Source: Candidatus Lustribacter sp. | Lineage (GTDB): Bacteria > Vulcanimicrobiota > Vulcanimicrobiia > Vulcanimicrobiales > Vulcanimicrobiaceae | Reading direction: 5' to 3' | Assembly: GCA_965277805.1 (NCBI GenBank) | Contig: OZ255842.1 | Span: 3,680,001 to 3,744,000, forward strand | DNA length: 64,000 bases | Part shown: positions 55,796 to 64,000 of the stretch, in pieces | Layout: each line of letters starts with the position of its first letter | How positions within the stretch are numbered: position 1 is the stretch's first letter | The notes under the pieces: generated by a model | Told to the model about the DNA's origin: nothing | The model's input: only the letters and a program-made list of their open reading frames with translations | Database searches by the model: none | Made by a program: the position numbers and the translations under genes

Positions 55796-56980
55796 TTGAC
55801 GTTTCGGACGTTGCGCGACGCGGGCGACGTCCGCGGCAAGCGCGTATTGCTCCGCGAAGACCTCAACGTCCCGATGAAGGACGGCAAGGTCGGCGATGAG
55901 ACGCGCATCGTCGCGTCGCTCGAGACGCTGCGTTGGCTCAGCCAGCGCGGCGCCAAGACGATCATCCTCTCGCATCTCGGACGGCCCGACGGGAAGCCCG
56001 ATCCGAAGTATTCGCTACGGCCCGTCGCGGCGCGGCTCGGCGAGCGGCTCGGCATGCCGGTCGCGTTCGTCGACGACTGCGTCGGCGCGGCGGCCGTCGC
56101 CGCCTCGCGCGCAGTTCCCGATGGCGGTTTCGTGCTGTTCGAAAACGTGCGCTTTCACCCCGAAGAAGAGACGAACGATCCGGCGTTCGCGCGCGACCTC
56201 GCGCAGAGCGGCGACCTCTACGTCAACGACGCCTTCGGCACGGCGCACCGCGCGCACGCCTCGACGGTCGGCGTTGCGAGCGATCTGCCGGCCTATGCGG
56301 GCTTGCTCATGGAAGCCGAACTCGCCGCGCTCACGAAACTGACCGTGAACCCGGTGAAGCCGTTCGTGTGCGCGATCGGCGGCGCGAAAGTGGCCGACAA
56401 GGTCGGCGTGTTCGAGAACCTGCTCGCACGCGTCAGCTCGTTCGTCATCGGCGGCGGCATGGCCAACACATTTCTCGCCGCACAAGGGATCGACGTCGGC
56501 AAGTCGCTGCGCGATCCCGATCTCGGTCCCGCGAAATCGATCATCGAACACGCCAAGGCCAAGGACGTGACCCTGCATCTGCCGACCGATGCGGTGGTGG
56601 CCGATGCGTTCGACGCCGATGCGACGGCCCAAACGGTGGCGCTGAAAGACGTCGGCGCGAGAATGATCCTCGACATCGGGCCCGAGACCGCGAAGGCGTA
56701 CGCGGCCGTGTTGCGCGCGGCCAAGACGATCGTGTTCAACGGTCCGATGGGCGTGTATGAAAAGGCGCCGTACCAGAACGGCACGCGCACGATCGGCGAA
56801 GCGATCGCAGCGGCCACCCGCGACGGCGCAATCAGCGTCGTCGGCGGCGGCGATGCGGCCGCGGCGGCAGCCGAGCTCGGCTTCGCGGGTGCGATGACGC
56901 ACGTATCGACCGGCGGCGGCGCGACGCTCGAGTTTCTCGAGGGCAAGACGTTGCCCGGCGTCGCCGCGCTCGAGCACTAA
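55796..56980 (+). CDS. pgk: Phosphoglycerate kinase
   Basis: DLNVP, SHLGRP, ENVRF, NDAFGTAHRAHAS, GGAKVADK, HVSTGGGATLEFLEG. Confidence 0.98.
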   Translation: MTFRTLRDAGDVRGKRVLLREDLNVPMKDGKVGDETRIVASLETLRWLSQRGAKTIILSHLGRPDGKPDPKYSLRPVAARLGERLGMPVAFVDDCVGAAAVAASRAVPDGGFVLFENVRFHPEEETNDPAFARDLAQSGDLYVNDAFGTAHRAHASTVGVASDLPAYAGLLMEAELAALTKLTVNPVKPFVCAIGGAKVADKVGVFENLLARVSSFVIGGGMANTFLAAQGIDVGKSLRDPDLGPAKSIIEHAKAKDVTLHLPTDAVVADAFDADATAQTVALKDVGARMILDIGPETAKAYAAVLRAAKTIVFNGPMGVYEKAPYQNGTRTIGEAIAAATRDGAISVVGGGDAAAAAAELGFAGAMTHVSTGGGATLEFLEGKTLPGVAALEH

Positions 56981-56986
56981 CGGCAC

Positions 56987-57739
56987 ATGTTTGCAGAACG
57001 TCCGCTCGTCGCGGGCAACTGGAAGATGCACAAAACGCTCGGCGAGTCGGTCGCGTTCGTCGAGGAATTCCTCGCGTTCGACCCCGATTTCGCAGCGGTC
57101 GACGCCGTGATCTTTCCGCCGTTCACCGCGCTCTTCGCCGCCTTCGAAGCGTTGTCCGGAAGCCGGCTCGGGCTCGGCGGTCAAACGATGTGCGATCGCG
57201 ACAGCGGTGCGTACACCGGCGAAATCAGTCCGGTGATGCTGCTCGATTGCGGTGCGCGCTGGGTGATCCTCGGCCACTCCGAGCGCCGCATGTACAACGG
57301 CGAAACCGACGCAGCGGTCAACCGGAAAGTTCACACCGCGCTGCGCTTGGGCATCACGCCGATCGTCGCCGTCGGCGAGTCGGCTGAGGATCATGCCGCG
57401 GGACGCACGCACGCGCACGTCGTGCAGCAAATCACCGCCGCGTTCCAGGACGTGACGCCCGACGATGTAGCGCGCTGTGTCGTGGCCTACGAACCGATTT
57501 GGGCGATCGGCACCGGACTGACGGATAGCCCTGAGGGAGCAAACGGCGTAATGGCACAAATTCGCGGGGCGGTGGCCGGCCTCGAGCAGACGCGCATCCT
57601 TTACGGCGGCAGCGTGAGGCCCGAAAACATCGGCGCGCTGGTTGCGCAACCGCACATCGACGGCGCGCTCGTCGGCGGAGCGAGCCTGCTCCCGCGATCG
57701 TTCTACGATTTGATGGTTAACGCGCGAGCGCAGCTATGA
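56987..57739 (+). CDS. tpiA: Triosephosphate isomerase
   Basis: AGNWKM, GAYTGEIS, GHSERR, AYEPIWAIGTG, YGGSV, DGALVGGASL. Confidence 0.98.
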   Translation: MFAERPLVAGNWKMHKTLGESVAFVEEFLAFDPDFAAVDAVIFPPFTALFAAFEALSGSRLGLGGQTMCDRDSGAYTGEISPVMLLDCGARWVILGHSERRMYNGETDAAVNRKVHTALRLGITPIVAVGESAEDHAAGRTHAHVVQQITAAFQDVTPDDVARCVVAYEPIWAIGTGLTDSPEGANGVMAQIRGAVAGLEQTRILYGGSVRPENIGALVAQPHIDGALVGGASLLPRSFYDLMVNARAQL

Positions 57740-59274
57740 GCCGCCGTCCGCCGCTGGTGCTCGCGATTCTCGACGGCTGGGGGCTACGCGCGGATCCCTA
57801 CGGCAACCCGATCGCGAAAGCCGAACTGCCGAATTGGCAGCGCATGCTCGAACGCTATCCGCATACCGCGCTCGAGGCCAGCGGCGAAGCGGTGGGCTTG
57901 CCCGCCGGCGTGATGGGCAACAGCGAAGTCGGCCACATCAACATCGGCAGCGGCCGCATCGTCCCGCAAGGCTTGGTCGTGATCGATGCTGCGGTGACCG
58001 ACGGAACGTTCGCGACCAACGCGACGCTGCAAGCCTGCATCGATCACGTGAAGGCGAGCGGTGGAACGCTGCACTTCTTCGGCCTGCTCTCCGACGGCCG
58101 CGTGCACAGTTCGCTCGATCACCTCGAAGCGCTGATCGACGCGTGCGGAAAAGCCGGCACGCCGTTCGCGATCGACGCCTTTCTCGACGGCCGCGATACG
58201 CCGCCGCGTTCCGCGCAGAACTACCTCGACCGCATTCAGGCCTACCTCGACGCGCACCATAGTCCGGGCCGGTTCACCAGCATCTGCGGACGGTACTACG
58301 CGATGGATCGCGACAAGCGCTGGGAGCGCATCGAGAAAGCCTACGCGATGCTCACCGGCGGCGAAGCCCACCATGCCGCTACGGCGAGCGAAGCGCTCGC
58401 GGCCGCATACGAGCGCGACGAGAACGATGAGTTCGTGCTGCCGACGACCGTCGGCGAGGCAAAGCCCGTCGTCGACGGCGATGCGGTGATCTTCTTTAAC
58501 TTCCGGCCCGATCGCGGCCGCGAACTCACGCTTGCGTTTTCCGACGCGCACTTCAACCACTTCCCGGTCAAGCCGTTCGTGAACCTCATGTTCGCGACGA
58601 TGACGCGGTATGAAGACGAGTTTCCGAATCCGATTCTCTTCGGGCCGCGGCCGCAATCGCGCACGTTCGGCGAGATCGTTTCCGAAGCGGGGCTCTCGCA
58701 GTTGCGTCTCGCCGAGACCGAAAAATATGCGCACGTCACGTATTTTTTCAACGGCGGACGCGAAGCGGTGTTTCCCGACGAAGATCGCGTGCTGATCCCG
58801 TCGAATCGGTCGGTCGCGACGTACGATCTGGCGCCGGAGATGTCTGCCAGCGACATCACCAGCACCGCGGTCGAAGATGTTGCTCGGGGACACCACGACG
58901 TGATCGTCATGAACTATGCGAACGCCGACATGGTCGGTCACACCGGCGTGTGGGATGCGACGGTCTCGGCATTGGAGACGCTCGACCAATGTTTGGGACG
59001 GCTCGATCACGCCGTGCGCAAAGCCGGCGGCATCCTCGCGGTCACGTCCGATCACGGCAACGCTGAAGAAAAACTCGACGCGGACGGCAACGTGCTGACC
59101 GCGCACACGACGAATCCGGTGCCGTTCGTGCTGATCAGCGATCCGCCGCTGGGTACCTTGAAAAGCGGCGGACGTCTCGGCGATATTGCGCCGACGCTGC
59201 TGCCGCTGCTCGGCCTCGCCGTGCCGCCGGAAATGACCGGCACGAACTTGCTCACCCCGGCCGCTCCGGCGTGA
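57736..59274 (+). CDS. gpmI: 2,3-bisphosphoglycerate-independent phosphoglycerate mutase
   Basis: ILDGWG, MGNSEVGH, GRYYAMDRD, NFRPDR, AETEKYAHVTYFFNGG, DMVGHTG, DHGNAE. Confidence 0.98.
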   Translation: MSRRPPLVLAILDGWGLRADPYGNPIAKAELPNWQRMLERYPHTALEASGEAVGLPAGVMGNSEVGHINIGSGRIVPQGLVVIDAAVTDGTFATNATLQACIDHVKASGGTLHFFGLLSDGRVHSSLDHLEALIDACGKAGTPFAIDAFLDGRDTPPRSAQNYLDRIQAYLDAHHSPGRFTSICGRYYAMDRDKRWERIEKAYAMLTGGEAHHAATASEALAAAYERDENDEFVLPTTVGEAKPVVDGDAVIFFNFRPDRGRELTLAFSDAHFNHFPVKPFVNLMFATMTRYEDEFPNPILFGPRPQSRTFGEIVSEAGLSQLRLAETEKYAHVTYFFNGGREAVFPDEDRVLIPSNRSVATYDLAPEMSASDITSTAVEDVARGHHDVIVMNYANADMVGHTGVWDATVSALETLDQCLGRLDHAVRKAGGILAVTSDHGNAEEKLDADGNVLTAHTTNPVPFVLISDPPLGTLKSGGRLGDIAPTLLPLLGLAVPPEMTGTNLLTPAAPA

Positions 59275-60140
59275 AACGCAAGAAGCTCGACGAGGCCGCC
59301 GACCTGCTGCGCGAACGCGCCGGCGGCACGCTCGACGCAGCGATCATCCTGGGCTCGGGTTTCGGCGGCGTGTTGCGCGACCGGATCTCGGCGACGCCGG
59401 TCGCCTACAAGAAGATCGGCATGCCGGAACCGACGGTTCCCGGGCACGCCGGCGAGGCACTCGTCGGACAACTACACGGCCGCCGCATCGTTGCGTTTAG
59501 CGGCCGTTTTCATCTCTACGAGGGCTACGAGCCGCTCGAGGTCGTGTATCCGGTCGCCGTTGCGGCGCACGCCGGCGCGAAGACGATCGTGTTGACCAAC
59601 GCGGCGGGCGGCGTGAACGCCGGCTTTCATCCCGGCGATCTGATGCTGATCGTCGATCAGCTCAACCTCACCGGCCGCAGCCCGCTCGTCGGCCGCGTGC
59701 CGTTTGCCGGCGTGAAAGACCGCTTCGTCGACATGGTCGACGCATACGATCCGAACTTGTGCAACCTCGCGCGACATGTGGCGACGCAGTATTCGATCGC
59801 GATGCACGACGGCGTCTATGCGGGCCTCGTGGGGCCGGCCTACGAGTCGCCGGCCGAAGCGCGCTTGCTGCGCGTGATGGGTGCCGACGCCGTCGGCATG
59901 TCGACCGTGCTCGAAACGATCGCAGCGCGCGCACTCGGAATGTCGGTGGTGGGCTTCAGCTTGATCACGAACGCGCACCTCACCGGCGAAGCCACCTCGC
60001 ACGCCGCCGTCATCGCCGCCTCGCAGCGCGGCGCCACCGACGTTGCTCAGCTAATCGAGGGGATCGTGGCCAACATCGAAGCACCGCTCCCCGCCACCGT
60101 CGAGTCCCCCGCCAAGACCGAGGACTCCGTCCCAGTATAG
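59271..60140 (+). CDS. punA: Purine-nucleoside phosphorylase I
   Basis: IILGSG, VPGHAG, GRFHLYEG, TNAAGG, GPAYESPAE, GADAVGMSTVLE, SLITN; GTGA overlap with gpmI. Confidence 0.95.
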   Translation: MKRKKLDEAADLLRERAGGTLDAAIILGSGFGGVLRDRISATPVAYKKIGMPEPTVPGHAGEALVGQLHGRRIVAFSGRFHLYEGYEPLEVVYPVAVAAHAGAKTIVLTNAAGGVNAGFHPGDLMLIVDQLNLTGRSPLVGRVPFAGVKDRFVDMVDAYDPNLCNLARHVATQYSIAMHDGVYAGLVGPAYESPAEARLLRVMGADAVGMSTVLETIAARALGMSVVGFSLITNAHLTGEATSHAAVIAASQRGATDVAQLIEGIVANIEAPLPATVESPAKTEDSVPV

Positions 60141-60155
60141 GCGCACGAGTAGGGT

Positions 60156-60338
60156 ATGGCCGCCAAACGCAAAGTTAAGCCCCCGAAGCCCCGTCTCGAT
60201 CTGCCCTGGACCGAGCTTTCCAAAGCGCAGCAAAACCAGCTGTACACCAACGCCCTGCAAGCCTACACGACGGGCAAAGGGCCGAATCCAGCGACCAAAG
60301 CGGAGTTTTTCCGCGCCAAGGTCGCCGCGAAGGCGTAG
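60156..60338 (+). CDS. Small basic hypothetical protein
   Basis: 60-aa Lys-rich ORF filling the punA-ubiD gap; stop is 3 nt before the ubiD ATG. Confidence 0.55.
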   Translation: MAAKRKVKPPKPRLDLPWTELSKAQQNQLYTNALQAYTTGKGPNPATKAEFFRAKVAAKA

Positions 60339-60341
60339 ACA

Positions 60342-61829
60342 ATGAGCGTTGCGATCGAACGTACCGGCTCGTCCGCTAAGCTCGGACCGAATACGCCGCA
60401 AAACGACCTCCGCACGTTCATCGCTTCGGTCGAGGCGCATGGCGAACTCGCGACCGTGCGCGACGCGCACTGGAACAAAGAGCTCGGCGCCGTCACCGAA
60501 GTGCTCTACCGGCAAAAGGTCGAGAAATCGCCGATGCTGGTGTTCGACGACATCCCGGGCTACGAGCCGGGCTATCGTTGCACGTACGGCATGTTCGGCT
60601 CGCCGTATCGTTTGGGTCTCGTGCTCGGCATGGAAACGGCACTCGCCGATAATCGCAAAGCGCAACTCGACTACTTCCGCAAGAACATCAAGAAGGCGTA
60701 TAAGCAGATCCCGCCCGTGATCGTCGACGACGGTCCGGTGTTCGAGAACATCGCGCGCGACGGCGACGTCGATGTCGAGATTTTCCCCGTGCCGATCCAT
60801 CACGAACAAGACGGCGGCCGTTACATCGGCACCGCCTGCGGCGTGGTGACGCGCGATCCCGATACCGGCCGCATCAACGTCGGCACGTATCGCGTGATGG
60901 TCAAAGGCAAGAACCTCCTCGCGTCCTACATCTCGAACGGCAAACAAGGCCGCATTCACCGCGACAAGTATCTCAAAGCCGGCAAGCCGTGTCCGGTCGT
61001 CATCATTTGCGGCATCGATCCGATCACGTATCTCGCCGCCGCGTACACGATGGCCGACAGCGTGCCCGAATACGACTGGTGCGGCGGCATGATGGACCGT
61101 CCGATGGAATTGGTCGAAGGCGAAACGACCGGCTTGCCGTTTCCGGCCCGCGCCGACATCGTGCTCGAAGGTTGGATTCATCCGAGCGACGTGACCCGTG
61201 AAGGTCCGTTCGGCGAGTGGCACGGCTACTACGCCGGCGAAGCCCGCGACGAACCGCTGATCACGATCGACCGCGCGTACTATCGCAACAAGCCGATCCT
61301 CACGTGCGCCGCGAGCCAGAAACCGCCGCACTCGCATCTCTTCGAACGCTGCTTCCTGCGTTCGGCCGCGCTGCTCGACTCACTCGAAGGCGCGGGCATT
61401 CCCGACGTCACCGGCGCGTGGCTGCACCAGGCCGGTGCCGGACGCACGTTCGCGGTCGTATCGATCAAGCAACGTTATTTCGGCCACTCGACGCAAGTCG
61501 GGCTCGTCGCATCGCAAGTGAATCCGGTCGGCTACATCGCGCGCTGGATCGTCGTTGTCGACGACGACGTCGATCCCACCGACATTCACGACGTGATCTG
61601 GGCGATGGGCACGCGCTGCGATCCGAAGACGCAGACGACGCTGCTCGACCGATGCTGGTCATCGCGCCTCGACACGATGGTGACCGATTACTCGCGCCTC
61701 TACAACTCGCGCATGGTCATCGACGCGTGTCGCCCGTACGAGCGGCTCGACTCGTTCCCGCAAGTCGCCCAGAGTTCACCCGAACTCGCCGCGGCCGTGC
61801 GGGCAAAGTACCCCGACCTCTTCAAGTAG
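60342..61829 (+). CDS. UbiD-family (prFMN-dependent) decarboxylase
   Basis: DLRTFI...E..GEL, DGGRYIGT, NVGTYR, EGPFGEWHGYY, VVVDDDVDP...DVIWAMGTRCDP, IDACRP. Confidence 0.92.
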   Translation: MSVAIERTGSSAKLGPNTPQNDLRTFIASVEAHGELATVRDAHWNKELGAVTEVLYRQKVEKSPMLVFDDIPGYEPGYRCTYGMFGSPYRLGLVLGMETALADNRKAQLDYFRKNIKKAYKQIPPVIVDDGPVFENIARDGDVDVEIFPVPIHHEQDGGRYIGTACGVVTRDPDTGRINVGTYRVMVKGKNLLASYISNGKQGRIHRDKYLKAGKPCPVVIICGIDPITYLAAAYTMADSVPEYDWCGGMMDRPMELVEGETTGLPFPARADIVLEGWIHPSDVTREGPFGEWHGYYAGEARDEPLITIDRAYYRNKPILTCAASQKPPHSHLFERCFLRSAALLDSLEGAGIPDVTGAWLHQAGAGRTFAVVSIKQRYFGHSTQVGLVASQVNPVGYIARWIVVVDDDVDPTDIHDVIWAMGTRCDPKTQTTLLDRCWSSRLDTMVTDYSRLYNSRMVIDACRPYERLDSFPQVAQSSPELAAAVRAKYPDLFK

Positions 61830-61836
61830 GATCGCT

Positions 61837-62787
61837 ATGCGTCGTTCACCGTTTTTGATTTCGCTGGCTGGGGCGGCCGTGGCTTCACGGGTTGGGGCTC
61901 AGGACTTGCCGGCGGTTACGCTGGCTACGCTGATCAACGATACAGCGACGTCGGCGCTCTACGCCGCGAAGGCTGGGCTGTTCACCAAGTACGGGCTCAA
62001 CGTGCAGTTGCAAATCTTGCCGACCGGTGCGGCTGGGCAGGCGGCGGTGGCCGGTGGAGCGGCGCAATTCGGGCTTTCGAGTCTGGTCGGTATCATCGCG
62101 GCGCACGAGAAGGGCATCCCGTTTACGCTGGTCGCGCCGGCGGGCGTCGTCACCTCGGACGTGCCGTACTCGCAGTTCGTCGTGAAGGCCGATGCGCCGA
62201 TCAAAACCGGCCGCGACCTCAACGGCAAGATCATCGGCGCAGCCGGGCTCAAGGACATGGACACGGTCGCGATCATGAATTGGGTCGACCTCAACGGCGG
62301 CGACTCGAAGACGCTGAAGTTCGTCGAGATGTCGGGACCGGTGGCGCTCGCCGCGATCGAACAAGGCCGCATCGACGGCGCCGACCTCAACACCCCGACG
62401 CTCACGCGCGGACTCGAGGACGGCAAAGTGCGTTCGCTCGCGCAGATCTTCGATGCGATCGCGCCGCGCTTCGCCAACACCGGCTGGTTTACGACGACCG
62501 ACTATGCTGATAAAAACCGCAGTATCGTCGAGAAATTCGCGCGCGCGATGGCCGAAGCGAATGCCTACTGCAACGCCCACCACGCCGATACCGTGCAGTT
62601 AGTAGCCGATAGCGCGAAGATCGATCCGAAGGTCGTCGCACGGATGGCACGGATCACGTTCGGCGATTATCTGCGCGCGGCCGACATTCAGCCGCTCGTC
62701 AACGTGGCTGCGAAGTACGGCGCGATCGCGAAACCGTTCGACGCGAAAGCGCTGATCAGCCCTTATGCGTTGAAGCCATCCGCATAG
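61837..62787 (+). CDS. ABC substrate-binding protein, NMT1/SsuA/TauA-like
   Basis: MRRSPFL signal; GLFTKYGLNV, IKTGRDLNGKIIG, AIEQGRIDGA; no permease or ATPase nearby. Confidence 0.85.
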   Translation: MRRSPFLISLAGAAVASRVGAQDLPAVTLATLINDTATSALYAAKAGLFTKYGLNVQLQILPTGAAGQAAVAGGAAQFGLSSLVGIIAAHEKGIPFTLVAPAGVVTSDVPYSQFVVKADAPIKTGRDLNGKIIGAAGLKDMDTVAIMNWVDLNGGDSKTLKFVEMSGPVALAAIEQGRIDGADLNTPTLTRGLEDGKVRSLAQIFDAIAPRFANTGWFTTTDYADKNRSIVEKFARAMAEANAYCNAHHADTVQLVADSAKIDPKVVARMARITFGDYLRAADIQPLVNVAAKYGAIAKPFDAKALISPYALKPSA

Positions 62788-63484
62788 TCGCGTCGCGACG
62801 CATGCAGTAGTTCCAGTAATTGTCGATACCCGCTGCGGTGCGCGTCTGGGCGCGCTTCGCACGGGCGTCGGCTGCGTCGGGCCACTTGTAGCGGAAGCCC
62901 GTCATCGCGAGCGTGCACTGCGCTTTGACCGCCGCTTCGAGATAAATCCCGACCATCGTGCACTCGCGGATGTTCTTGCCCGTGAACGCGACGCCGTGAC
63001 TCATGAGAAACACCGCGTCGGCTGCACCGAGCGATTGGGCAAGGCTCACGCCGAGTTCGGGCGTGCGGATGAGCGAGCACGTTTCTTGAAACTTCGGCTG
63101 GTCGTCGAACCACGCGCCCTCTTTGCCGATCGGGTGCAGCGGTTCGTCGGTGGCGGCGAAGATCTGCGAGTAGAACGCGTGCGTATGGCCGACGGCGTGC
63201 ACGTCGGGCCGCGCGCGGAGAATTTCGGAATGAATCGGCCACTCGTGGTGCCGGTTGCCGGTGCCCTCGAGCACCTTGCCGTCGAAGTCGACCAGCAGCA
63301 GATCTTCCGGCCCGTAGACTTCGTCCATGCCGATATGGCTGCGCTTCATCCAGAAGCCATGACCGCCGGGGTCGCGCCACGACACGTGCCCGGACGTGCG
63401 GTCCTCGTGCCCTTCGGCGGCGAGAATCCGGTGCGACGCGCACAATTCGTTGAGCTGCGTCGCGAAGTCAGTTTTGTTGGCCAT
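62756..63484 (-). CDS. Class II aldolase/adducin family protein
   Basis: Start reassigned to ATG 63484 (or 63493); GHVSWR, EWPIHSEILRARPDVHAVGHTH, MSHGV metal-binding His residues. Confidence 0.9.
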   Translation of the reverse strand: MANKTDFATQLNELCASHRILAAEGHEDRTSGHVSWRDPGGHGFWMKRSHIGMDEVYGPEDLLLVDFDGKVLEGTGNRHHEWPIHSEILRARPDVHAVGHTHAFYSQIFAATDEPLHPIGKEGAWFDDQPKFQETCSLIRTPELGVSLAQSLGAADAVFLMSHGVAFTGKNIRECTMVGIYLEAAVKAQCTLAMTGFRYKWPDAADARAKRAQTRTAAGIDNYWNYCMRRDATMRMASTHKG

Positions 63485-63544
63485 GTCAGGCATTTGTGAA
63501 TCGCATGAAGGAGGCCCTGCGCGCAGCCGGCGTACCTCCGCACC

Positions 63545-64000
63545 ATGAGCGGCCATCAGTACACCGCGACGATTCGGTGGCAGCGCGGCGCCGATGAAGC
63601 GTTCAACGACCGGCGGTACAGTCGCGCGCATACGTGGGCCTTTGATGGAGGGGCCGAGATCGCGGCGTCGGCCTCGCCGCTGATCGTGCGCGCGCCATTT
63701 TCCGATGCGCACGCGGTCGATCCCGAAGAAGCGTTCCTCGCGTCGGTCTCCAGCTGCCACATGCTCTTCTTCTTGGACTACGCCGCGCAAGCGAACTTCG
63801 TCGTCGACCGGTATGAGGATACCGCTAGCGCGACCATGGGCAAGAACGAAGCCGGCCGCGACTACGTCGCGACGATCGTCCTAACACCGCAAATCCACTT
63901 CTCCGGCGCATCACCTGCCCCCGAGCAACTCGCCGCGCTCCATCACCGCGCGCACGAAGACTGCTTCATCGCCAACTCCATCCGCACCGAAGTCCGCGTT
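63545..64000 (+). CDS. OsmC-family protein (runs off the window end; not in the ORF track)
   Basis: Translated by hand: MSGHQYTATIRWQR...YSRAHTWAFDGG...VDPEEAFLASVSSCHMLFFL...LHHRAHEDCFIANSIRTEV. Confidence 0.9.
   Translation, partial: MSGHQYTATIRWQRGADEAFNDRRYSRAHTWAFDGGAEIAASASPLIVRAPFSDAHAVDPEEAFLASVSSCHMLFFLDYAAQANFVVDRYEDTASATMGKNEAGRDYVATIVLTPQIHFSGASPAPEQLAALHHRAHEDCFIANSIRTEVRV

Noticed and set aside
1-64000. tRNA, rRNA, riboswitch, IS element or CRISPR array
   Set aside because: Intergenic gaps are short and I saw no cloverleaf, terminal inverted repeat, transposase or array; a covariance-model search would be needed to exclude small RNAs.

Overview
A 64 kb, high-GC bacterial chromosome segment with no rRNA, tRNA, CRISPR array, transposase or integrase that I can see. 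A Firmicutes-like backbone (mfd...prsA-mazG-yabO, whiA-gap-pgk-tpiA-gpmI) sits alongside diderm envelope genes (hldD, O-antigen ligase, LptD/OstA-like proteins). This suggests a diderm Terrabacterium such as Eremiobacterota/Vulcanimicrobiota, which is inference only. Bases 1-28.6 kb are a large surface-glycan locus: sqdB, three GT-C-like membrane proteins, a methyltransferase, a GDP-mannose 3,5-epimerase-like enzyme, two nucleotide-sugar dehydrogenases, a 1127-aa GT with four C-terminal repeats, wzm/wzt, two paralogous coiled-coil + double-GT4 modules, a flippase, an O-antigen ligase, murJ and a priming transferase. Its left end is more AT-rich. At 29.8-34.7 kb is the best candidate for an undescribed system: a tandemly duplicated, tightly coupled pair of an LptD/OstA-like outer-membrane protein and a secreted CBM20-like protein, preceded by a twin palindromic operator-like site. 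Next come a small general-stress cluster, GT2/hldD/pdp, the mfd region with inserted genes, glycolysis genes, punA, and a UbiD/SBP/class II aldolase/OsmC group. Non-coding signals: a REP-like TGTCATCCCGAGC...GTCGAGGGACC repeat (one copy in frame inside a gene), a recurring GG-N17-19-CGAAA-like promoter motif in front of near-leaderless starts, sharp C-rich to G-rich skew switches at gene junctions, and a flavoprotein gene whose apparent start codon is GTA. All family calls come from motif recognition by eye; no searches were run.
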